Assembly: GCA_964016885.1 (NCBI GenBank) | Contig: OZ024740.1 | Location: forward strand, 195,362,001 to 195,426,000 | Source: Eledone cirrhosa | Taxonomy: Eukaryota | Length of the DNA stretch: 64,000 nucleotides | Direction of reading: 5' to 3' | Part shown: positions 10,820 through 20,560 of the stretch, piece after piece | How the letters are laid out: each line of letters begins with the position of its first letter | Position numbering within the stretch: the stretch's first letter is position 1 | Notes under the pieces: generated by a model | Seen by the model: the letters and a program-made list of their open reading frames with translations, nothing else | Told to the model about the DNA's origin: nothing | Databases searched by the model: none | Translations under genes and position numbers: made by a program

Positions 10820-13800
10820 AATAATAGAACTACGGTGACAGTAATATCTGCGTACGCACCCCAATCCGGACTGCCCGGCACTATAAAAGACAGATTCTAT
10901 GAGACACTGATGCTCACTACCTCCCAAATAACCGACAGTGATTAGATAATTATTGCAGGCGACCTAAATGGTCATGTTGGACAACATTGTGACGGCTACG
11001 ACGAAATCCATGGAGGCTATGGGTTTGGTACTAGAAATGAGGAAGGCTCCAGAATCCTGGAATTCTGTGACGCAAATAACCTAACTATCTGTAACACTAA
11101 CTTCAAAAAATGTGACAATCACCTGATCACCTATAGATCGGGGGAACACACAAGCCAGGTAGATTATATCCTTACCAGAAGACGTGACAGAGTGTCTGTT
11201 GTAAACACTAAATCCCTCCCCCATGAAGAATGCACCTCCCAACATAGACTGATAATTAGCGACCTAATAGTCAGGACGAGACGTACTAGACAACAGAAGA
11301 GGACTATCCCCAGGAGAAAAATATGGAAGCTAAAGGACCCCACAGCCAGAAATAAATTCAAAAGTATACTACTTGATGCTTTCGACAGTAAGGAAGAGCA
11401 ATTAGAGTCGTACAATATAGAGGAGCAGTGGGAATTCCTGAAAGCAAACCTGCTGATGGCGGCAGACGAAGTCTGTGGCTGGAGCAGGCCTGTAGGCAAG
11501 AGGAGAGTAACATGGTGGTGGAACATGGTGGTGGAGGGGTCAATTAAGGCCAAAAAGCAGGCTTGGAAAGTATGGCGGGATGGGGGAAGCAGAGAAGACT
11601 ATCAAGTGGCCAGGAGGGAAGCTAGGAGACAAGTGTACTTCGCAAGAAGGGAAGCAGAAGAAAGAAAGTTCAAGCATGTTCTACAACGCGAGGACCAAAA
11701 ACGTAAGGTGTTCAGGATTGCTAGGCAATGTGTCAAGGAAAACCGTGATATTGTCGGGGAGAAGTGTGTACTTAATGATGACGGCGTACTTGCCATCACC
11801 GACGCTGATAAGAAGGTAGCTTGGAAGTGTCACTATGAAAGGCTACTAAATGAGGAGAATAAATGGGAGAAAGACAGTCTCCCCCACATCGACCCAATAG
11901 AGGGACCAGCAGTGTTAGTCCAGGGTAGTATAATAAGTAAGGCAATCAAAGATATGAAGACGGGTAAGGCGGCTGGGCCTTCGGAAATAGTTGCCAAGAT
12001 GCTGAAGGCATCTGGTACGGTGGGACACACCATGGTCACCCGGATAGTTAACCAAGTCGTACAGAATGGGGTTGTTCCGAAGGACTGGCATAGCAGCATC
12101 ATCGTTAACTGTTATAAGGGTAAAGGAGATGCCCTAGATAGGAGTAACTACAGAGGCATTAAATTAATCGACCAGGTCATGAAGGTCACGGAAAAAGTAA
12201 TAGCGCAACTAATCAGAGAGAGAATTGATCTAGATGAAATGCAGTTCGGGTTTGTGTCAGGCAAAAGTACCACAGACGCTCTTTTCATTGTACGACAACT
12301 ACAGGAGAAGTACCTAGCTAAAAGTAAACCCCTATACTTAGCTTTCGTCGACTTGGAGAAGGCCTTCGACAGAGTCCCCCATTCCATTATCTGGTGGGCT
12401 CTTAGAAAACTAGGTGTTGACGAATGGCTTGTGAGAGCTATACAAGCCATGTATAAAGAAACAGTCAGCAAGGTTAGAATTAACAACGAATATAGTGAAG
12501 AGTTTAGCGTAAAAGTTGGCGTCCATCAGGGCTCTGTTCTCAGCCCCCTACTATTTATTATTGCCCTTCAGGCTATAACAGAGGAGTTCAAGACCGGTTG
12601 CCCATGGGAACTCCTATACGCAGATGACCTAACACTCGTAGCTGAATCAATGGCCGAGCTAAAGAAGAAATTCCAAACATGGAAGCACGGCCTAGAATCA
12701 AAAGGCCTTAAAATTAACCTGGCTAAGACTAAAGTTCTAGTTTGTAAGAAAGAAAATAAGGCGGCGGTCCCTTCCGGGAAGTGGCCATGCTCAGTGTGTA
12801 GGAAAGGCGTAGGTAGAAACTCCATTTTGTGTCCCAAATGCAAAGTATGGGTGCATAAAAGATGTAGTGGGATCACAGGTAAGCTAACTAAGAACATAGA
12901 TTTTACATGTGGCCGGTGCTCTGGTGCAATAAGTAGCAGCAAGTGCCCACAAAATACTAGCTCTTTCAACTGCGCAGAGGGTTCTATAGAAATAGTGGAC
13001 AGCTTCCGTTACCTGGGTGACAAAATCAGAACTGGATGGAAAAAGTTCAGAGAGCTTATACCACTATTAGCCGCTAAAGGGTTCTCCCTAAAAATGAAAG
13101 GCAGGTTGTATGATGCCTGCATACGAACAGCAATGTTGCATGGCAGTGAGACCTGGGCATTGTGTACAGAGGATATACGCAGACTAGAGAGGAACGAAGC
13201 TTGCATGCTCCGCTGGATGTGTAATAGTAATATACGTGAACGGCAAAGCATAAACGAACTAAGGAAAAAATTAGAAATAAGAGGGATCAGATGTTGTTTA
13301 CTCGAGAGAAGGCTACGTTGGTATGGTCACGTGATGCGCATGAAAGACGATAGCTGTATAACAAAGTGCAAGGCAATAAAGATAGACGGTAGCCACGGAA
13401 TAGGCAGACCCAGAAAAACCTGGGACGAGCTGATAAATTACGACCTCACACACTTACACCTCACCAAGACAATGTCACTGGACCGAGACCTTTGGCGGTA
13501 CTCAGTAATAGAGAAGACCCGCCTTACCTAAATACAAAGTAAAACCTACTACAGTCAATAGGCATCTCTAACAAAATACACCCCCGTCCCACCACCCCCA
13601 CCCCATCCACACCGCCCCTTTCAATGTAAAGTTATGTTGGTGCCACAACATCCAGGCCGAAACAAATGAGATCGTGTAGGTGTCACGACAAAAAAATACA
13701 CAGTTCACGCTGTAATGTGGCCGTGTAGGCAACACGGTAAAAACCTCCCAGCCCCACACTGTAAATGTGGTTGGTGTTAAAAAGGGCATCCAGCTGTAGA

Positions 13801-14032
13801 AAACCCGCCAGACAGTCCACGCTGTAATGTGGCCGTGGTAAAAACCTCCCAGCCCCACACTGTAAATGCGGTTGGTGTTAGGAAGGGCATCCAGCTGTAG
13901 AAAACCCGCCAGATAGTCCTATGCGAGCAAGATAATCACTCTGGCCTCAAGTGGGAAAACCCCCGTCCAAACCCATGCAAGCGTGGAACACGGACGTTAA
14001 ACGTTGATGATGATGATGATGATGATGATGAT
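10820..14032 (+). mobile_element. RTE-clade LINE, 5'-truncated (long-3'UTR sub-family)
   Basis: Partial APE (SAYAPQ, AGDLNGHVG, SQHRL), RT (DLEKAFDRV, VHQGSVLSP, YADD), PHD-type finger, structured 3' UTR and (GAT)n tail. In-frame TAG at 10943-10945. Confidence 0.93.
10946..13531 (+). CDS. RTE ORF remnant (endonuclease C-half, RT, C4HC3 finger)
   Basis: Stop-free frame containing track ORF 11192..13531. It has a 14-codon in-frame deletion (LGDKI^RTGWKK) relative to the copy at 14437, with TCAG microhomology. Confidence 0.85.
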   Translation: MIIAGDLNGHVGQHCDGYDEIHGGYGFGTRNEEGSRILEFCDANNLTICNTNFKKCDNHLITYRSGEHTSQVDYILTRRRDRVSVVNTKSLPHEECTSQHRLIISDLIVRTRRTRQQKRTIPRRKIWKLKDPTARNKFKSILLDAFDSKEEQLESYNIEEQWEFLKANLLMAADEVCGWSRPVGKRRVTWWWNMVVEGSIKAKKQAWKVWRDGGSREDYQVARREARRQVYFARREAEERKFKHVLQREDQKRKVFRIARQCVKENRDIVGEKCVLNDDGVLAITDADKKVAWKCHYERLLNEENKWEKDSLPHIDPIEGPAVLVQGSIISKAIKDMKTGKAAGPSEIVAKMLKASGTVGHTMVTRIVNQVVQNGVVPKDWHSSIIVNCYKGKGDALDRSNYRGIKLIDQVMKVTEKVIAQLIRERIDLDEMQFGFVSGKSTTDALFIVRQLQEKYLAKSKPLYLAFVDLEKAFDRVPHSIIWWALRKLGVDEWLVRAIQAMYKETVSKVRINNEYSEEFSVKVGVHQGSVLSPLLFIIALQAITEEFKTGCPWELLYADDLTLVAESMAELKKKFQTWKHGLESKGLKINLAKTKVLVCKKENKAAVPSGKWPCSVCRKGVGRNSILCPKCKVWVHKRCSGITGKLTKNIDFTCGRCSGAISSSKCPQNTSSFNCAEGSIEIVDSFRYLGDKIRTGWKKFRELIPLLAAKGFSLKMKGRLYDACIRTAMLHGSETWALCTEDIRRLERNEACMLRWMCNSNIRERQSINELRKKLEIRGIRCCLLERRLRWYGHVMRMKDDSCITKCKAIKIDGSHGIGRPRKTWDELINYDLTHLHLTKTMSLDRDLWRYSVIEKTRLT

Positions 14033-14121
14033 ATATATACACTATATTAAATAAATGGAAACTATATTTTTAAAACCATATTTATTCTATTATATATATT
14101 TCAAGGGTACCAAACACTTTG

Positions 14122-14184
14122 TATTTTATCTGATGAAAGCGTACCAAAGTTTTTTGGTACTCTTGAAATATATATAATAGAATA
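14122..14184 (+). ncRNA. Type I minimal hammerhead ribozyme motif, copy 1
   Basis: Stem I TATTTTAT/ATAGAATA, CTGATGA (14130-36), stem II AAGCGTACCA/TGGTACTCTT, GAAA (14165-68), palindromic stem III TATATA, AUA triplet with predicted cut after 14176. Confidence 0.75.
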
Positions 14185-14229
14185 AATATTTATTCTATTA
14201 TATATATTTCAAGGGTACCAAACACTTTG

Positions 14230-14292
14230 TATTTTATCTGATGAAAGCGTACCAAAGTTTTATGGTACCCTTGAAATATATATAATAGAATA
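14230..14292 (+). ncRNA. Type I minimal hammerhead ribozyme motif, copy 2
   Basis: Same architecture 108 bp downstream: CTGATGA 14238-44, GAAA 14273-76, predicted cut after 14284. Confidence 0.75.
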
Positions 14293-14436
14293 AATATGGT
14301 TTTATAAATATAGTTTCCATTTATTTAATATCATTGAATATTTACTCCAGAAAACTGTTGAGTGCTCTGAATCAGTTATAAACATTTATATTTGTTGGAT
14401 TTCCAACAAATTAAATATCTCTTCTACTTATATATA

Positions 14437-15593
14437 TGGCCATGCTCAGTGTGTAGGAAAGGAGTAGGTAGAAATTCCATTTTATGTCCCAAATGCAAAG
14501 TATGGGTGCATAAAAGATGTAGTGGGATCACAAGTAAGCTATCTAAGAACGTAGATTTTATATGTGGCTGGTGCTCAGGTGCAATAAGTACCAAGTGCCC
14601 ACAGGATACTAGCTCCTTCTACTGCCCAGGTGGCTCTATAGAAATAGTGGACACCTTCCATTACCTGGGTGACAAAATCAGCAGTGGTGGAGGGTGCTCT
14701 GAAAGTACAGTAGCCAGAGTCAGAACGGGGTGGAAAAAGTTCAGAGAGCTTATACCACTATTGGCCGCTAAAGGTTTCTCTCTAAAAATGAAAGGCAGAC
14801 TATATGATGGCTGCATACGAATAGCAATGTTACATGGCAGTGGTACATGGGCATTGTGTGCAGAGGATATACGCAGACTGGAGAGGAACGAAGCATGCAT
14901 ACTCCGTTGGATGTGTAATAGTAATATACGTGAACGGCAAAGCATAAACGAACTAAGGGAGAAATTAGGAATAAGAGGGATCAGATGCTGTTTACTCGAG
15001 AGAAGACTACGTTGGTATGGTCACGTGATGTGCATGAAAGATGACAGCTGTATAAAAAAGTGCAGGGCGATCAAAATTGACGGAAGTTACGGAGTAGGCA
15101 GACCCAGAAAAACCTGGGACGATTTGATAAATTCCAACCTCACACACTTACACCTCTCCAAGACAATGTCACTGGACTGAGATCTTTGGCGCTACGCAGT
15201 AATACAGAAGACCCACCTTGCCTAAATACAAAGCGAAACCTACAGTCAGTAGGCACCTCTTAATCAAATATACACCCCACCCCACCCCCATCAACACCAC
15301 CCCTTCTCTGTAAAGTTATGTTGGTACCACAACATTCAGTCCTAAACAAATGAGATCGTGTAGGTGTCACGACAAAAAACACACAGTCCAAGCTGTAATG
15401 TGGCCGTGTAGGTAACACGGTAAAAACCTCCCAGTCCACATTGTAAACGTGGTTGGTGCTAGGAAGGGCATCCAGCTGTAGAAAACCTGCCGGACAGTCC
15501 TATACGAGCGAGACAACCAATCTTGCCTCAAGTGGGATAATTCCCGTCTAAACCCATGCTAGCGTGGAAGATAGACGTTAAACGATGATGATG

Positions 15594-15595
<2 letters not shown>
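14437..15595 (+). mobile_element. RTE LINE 3' fragment starting at the PHD-type finger
   Basis: Translation WPCSVCRKGVGRNSILCPKC...RRLRWYGHV closely matches the 10820 copy; same 3' UTR and (GAT)n tail. Confidence 0.9.
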
Positions 15596-15624
<29 letters not shown>

Positions 15625-16094
15625 GGGAGGACAAGGACCAACAGCCTCTCTAGCATTGGTACCACAAAAATGCACCTAGACCACCCAGTAAAGTGGTTGG
15701 TGATAGAAAGGGCATCCAGCCATAGAAAACTTGCCAAACAAAGGGTTGAGAGGACTCTTCAGTTGTGAGAAGGACTTGAAAGCCTGCCCAGTGTTGGTGT
15801 TAGGAAGGGCATCCAGCCATAAAAAGTTTACCAAACAAAGGGTTGGGAGGACCCTTGTATTGTGTCAAGATGACAACCTCCCTATGGTTTGTGATCTACA
15901 TGATAAACACACCCAATAATGCTGTAAAGTGGTTGGTGATAGGAAGGGCATCCATGCATAGAAAGCTTGCCAAACAGGATTAGGAGGACCTTTCAGTTGT
16001 GTCAAAGACATGACATCTTTCATGCTGGTGTACTCAGTAGAATGAGATGATATATAAGCAAGATGCAGACCCGTCCAACCCTTACTGTGTGAAG

Positions 16095-16329
16095 AAGTGT
16101 GGCTGAGTGGTTAGAGTGTTTAATGTCATAGGTTCGATTCCAGGATAAAACACTTCATTTTACATTACTCCAGCATACTCAGCTGAAAATGAGTACCATC
16201 AGTAGCTGGGGGTTTAGCCCTGTGATAGACTGGCATCCTGTCCAGAAAGTGTCTTGTACTTTCAGTTGCTTAATGCCAAGGAAACCTGGATAAGCACAAA
16301 CATAATGAACTTCCAAGATTGACTTTAGA

Positions 16330-16330
<1 letters not shown>
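16095..16330 (+). mobile_element. tRNA-headed SINE (related copies at 32080-32355 - and 50900-51160 -)
   Basis: TGGCTGAGTGGTTAG A-box, GGTTCGATTCC B-box, and body CTCCAG..ACTCAGCTGAAAATGAGTAC. Confidence 0.65.
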
Positions 16331-16368
<38 letters not shown>

Positions 16369-16370
<2 letters not shown>

Positions 16371-16554
16371 CGAAGGAAATGTGGTAAGGAACCAGGTGGA
16401 CCATAACGCACCAAAGTACTCAATACTTGAGGTAGTAGAGTGGGTAATAGGAACCAGTAAGACCCCGACGGCTGAGCTCAAGCCGTTTCGACGGCTAATT
16501 CAGCGAATTAGCCGTCGAAACGGCTTGAGCTCAGCCGTCGGGGTCTTACTGGTT

Positions 16555-16559
<5 letters not shown>
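16369..16559 (-). mobile_element. Short GC-rich insert in (TA)n with a perfect 55-bp inverted repeat; probable Penelope-like terminus with 3' half of a hammerhead
   Basis: Arms 16447-16501 and 16505-16559, 3-nt loop; contains GAAAC-GGC(TTGAGCTCA)GCC-GTC. Confidence 0.55.
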
Positions 16560-16613
<54 letters not shown>

Positions 16614-17746
16614 TAACAAATTCTACTTTAACTTTCCTATGGCTACACAAGAAAAAGGAAAATCAATTCTTAAAAGATGACCTAACTATGTTTAAGATAA
16701 AGTTCCTAAAATGATTAAACTGTTCTATTTATGGATGGATTTTAAGTAGGTATGTGTGTATGTAGAACTATGTAAAATAGTTTTACACACAGACACATTT
16801 TTTTTTTAAGTGGCCATAAAACAATGATTACACACACATACACACACACACATACAAAGAAGACATTTTTATTTGGTAGTAAAACATTCAAAATAAAATG
16901 CTGGGAACATTGTCTGACCAACTGCCATGAAACAGTACTCATAAACATTTAACAACAGTCTATATAACATAAGGCCATTTATCTCTCAATAGAGAATCAA
17001 TCAAAGAAGAAAACAAAGAAAAACTAAGAATATTAAATTAGAAAAAAATATATAAAAACAACAATAATGATGATGATAATAATAATAGACAGATCCATTT
17101 AATGATTTATTCATAGTATTAACAAATTTGTGCTTTATTCAAGTTATTAATAGGGGTAGAGGATACAGAAAAAAATATGAAGAATACCAAGAAAATTAAG
17201 AACTACCGAACCGAATTTCAGCTGAAAAAGTAAATTTGTTATTTTATCGAAATTTTTCATTTTTCTTTTAATTTTTTTAATTTTCTTTTCTTTTTTTTCA
17301 TTTCATTGACATGAAAAATTGCATAAAATACACACATTGTTCCTTTTCCTCTTCACCCAAGATAAACATGTCTCTATAAATTAAAACACTGCCATTTTTT
17401 ATGGATATTTTACTGCCAATGTTTAAACATGTTTATTTATTTGTTATTACTTATTTTTGATTTTGATATCATTTGTCTTTTGTTTTGTATTTTGTTGTTG
17501 TTTTGATTTATTTTCTGTGGGTTGGGTGGGGATAGCAGGCTTTTTTAGCTTTTTTATTTATAGTTTTTTTTTTATTTAGTGTCTATTTTAAAAGTAATTT
17601 TAAGAGTTTCTTTGAAATCATTAATATATAATATATACACACATATATATATGTACACACTACACACACACATATAACCCATGCTAGCGTGGAAAATGGA
17701 CGTTAAATGAAGATGATGATGATGAGATGATATATGTGTACACACT

Positions 17747-17797
<51 letters not shown>

Positions 17798-19556
17798 AAT
17801 TCAGACACACACACAGATACGTATATATGTATATATACACATACATACACACATATATATATATATATACACACACACCACTTTTTTTTTTCGTAATCTT
17901 CCAATTTTTATCACTTTGCAATGTTCAGGCCCGTAGTTAATTGGAAAATAATTATTGGAATCTTTTCTATGTTATACATTCAAAATTCTTGGCAGATTTA
18001 CAATACTTCCATAACATGTTCATTTGACAGAAATCATAAAATAAAATACAAAAATTATGAACAAGAAATGTTGTAAGGTATAAAGCCTTTAAAAACTCAT
18101 TATAATTTGAACCAAATCATCTCTTGGCTATGAAAAAGCAGACATAAACTTCATTTTATGTATTTATTTTCCACAAAATTATATCAGCATATACTGCATC
18201 AAAATTTAGATCATTTTGATAGACTTCCTCTTATTATTAGTTTCCTTTGTAGAGAAAGAAAGATATTTTTGAGATGGGGGAAGATATTTGTGTTGAATTT
18301 CCCAGAAGAAATCTATGATAAATGTAGCTGACATATGTTCTTTTGCCAAGAAAATCAATTTTCAGAGAACATAAAACAAATGTATAAATTTGCATCAAAA
18401 CAGATCTGCATACAAAATCAACATACAATTGCATATAAACACAAATGTACACATGATTGGTTTCACTAAAACAGGGCAACATCAAGTGGTTTGAAGAAAA
18501 TCAATTGCCAAATAATTATGACCCTAAGGAGAGGAACAACAAACTTTCAAAGCCTGGCAAAATAACAAATACAATGCTACCAAATAAACAAATATAGACA
18601 ACCACTCATAGTTCATGATGTCAAGCTAGTTGAGAATACATTTATGTAGCTGTTTGACCTTTTAATGTCAAAACCAAATTTTTACAATGAATTCCCTATT
18701 ACTTTCTTCCAAATGGAAACAAGTGTTTTTAAGTCTTGAATAATAGAAGCATCATATCCTGTAATAAAAATAAAATTCTTTCCACCTTTTAACCATTAGG
18801 TTGACAAACAATCTCTGGTGACTTCTTTGACTAGCAGTGTGTGCTTGTTATAAAATTTTCAAGGAAGAATACAAAGGTGATTTCCTATTGTATTTCTTCA
18901 GGTGTATTTTATGAGACACCATCCTGTCAGCTAGAGCCAATTCTGAGAGAATGAGAGGATAAGAAGGAGCACAAAAAGAAAGAAGAATTAACCCCAGAAC
19001 TTGACAGGTATTTTATTGGTTTAAGATTCCAAGATTGTCAATTTGCGGTAACTACTTTGGATTTTATTACACTGACATTGCTGAGAAAATCTTCATCTGA
19101 AGTCATGCAAACAGATTTCTCACTACTAATGAACAACTCTTCATAAATCTCATTTAGATTTTCCTCCAAACAGAAGTGCAATGGATGATTTTCATAAGAT
19201 TTCTAAAGATGTTAAAATTATATTTTTTTTTAGTTTATTAACCTGATCTTTGTAAATAATTTTTTTTAAATATTTACATCTACACTATGTTTTCATCAGC
19301 CTGGTCTCCATCAGAAAGTGCCTTGGATGTATATATAGCACCTGAAAGGATTACCACTATAGACCTTTAGACCTAAACAAAGGGTATTAACCCTTTTGAT
19401 ACCAAATCACATAAAACCACCCCTGGTTCTATAATACAAAACTCTTTATTTTATAGTATTTATACTTATGTAAAAACCTTCCAACATAATTTTATGTAAG
19501 AACATTTGTTAAGTAATGTTCTAAACACCAGCTTAATAATGTGAAAATTAACTTCT

Positions 19557-19900
19557 TTACCCACTTATTCCTGGGTCATGGGGACAGAGTCCTCAAACTC
19601 TCATTCCACTGGATCCTGCCAGAAGCAACCATATTCTACTGAGTTCCCAAGCAAGACCAGCCAAACTCATGGATGTTATCTAACCATCTTGCTTAGGGTC
19701 TCCCCTGGGTTTCCTGCTGATTGGATTTGCCCGTAAAATCTGTCCAACAATTCTTTCCTGAGACATTCTAACCACATGCTTGTAGTATTAGAGCTGTGGT
19801 CTCTCAATTCGGAAAAGTAATGTCTCTACCTGAAGAACCCTCTGATCTCTGAGCTATGCACTCTATTGAGTAACATTTCTCCAAAGACCCTTTGGAGGAA
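19557..19900 (-). mobile_element. Highly degenerate RTE 3' fragment nested in a TTAA-CCCTTT MITE starting ~19391
   Basis: Minus-strand remnants resembling 'GKPRG.P...W..NIHEFGW' LINE C-terminus; MITE flanks resemble 35100-35320. Confidence 0.35.
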
Positions 19901-20560
19901 CCCATGCTAGAGAACGGATTGCAGGTGGCAGATAGCAATACACCACCAGATATGATGACTAGTTGCGATATAAGCAGACACCTGCCAGATGACTAAGCAG
20001 CCCCAGACCAACAGTAGAAAACTAAAAGGGGAGATGAAGAAAACTTTCACAACCCAGTGCTGTAGCTATGATGAGGCGAGTAAAGGCTGCCGCTATAAAA
20101 TATAAGAAAGTTAACTTCATTACGAAATTCCTCCAAATTCTTAGTTATTTTCAAAATGATTTGAAAAATCATTCGTAGTATCTTTCAATAGAAATTTGAT
20201 AATAAAATAGTGAATGCTTTTATCCAGTCAAGCAACGATGCAGGCATAAAAAAACCGAGGATAATTGTGCCAGGAAACTTTTAACTAGTTGTTCAACAAG
20301 CTAGAAATGACAACCAAACATTCCTCAAATCCCATTCTATCATCTTAGAAAAGGACATTGGATAATGTGGTCTTGGATTTCTTGCACATAGGTCTGTTCA
20401 ATCATGACTAACTTGGAGTTATACAGATGATGACAACTGGAAATCAACTCACTGAAAATGTAGTGTAGATGTTAATATTTTAAAAACTTTCGTCTTGAAA
20501 TAAGATTAGTATTCCAAAACATTATAATCTTATTAACAACAACTTATTTCAGACATTTAG

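Larger units (their letters stand above)
14045..14430 (+). mobile_element. Penelope-like pseudo-LTR remnant with 5' inverted segment and two tandem hammerhead motifs
   Basis: 14045-14112 is the reverse complement of 14263-14330; 108-bp tandem unit; flanked by TA runs. Confidence 0.7.

Noticed and set aside
11164-13251. Antisense ORFs over the RTE and Tx1 elements
   Set aside because: Shadows of the sense ORFs with no independent motifs.
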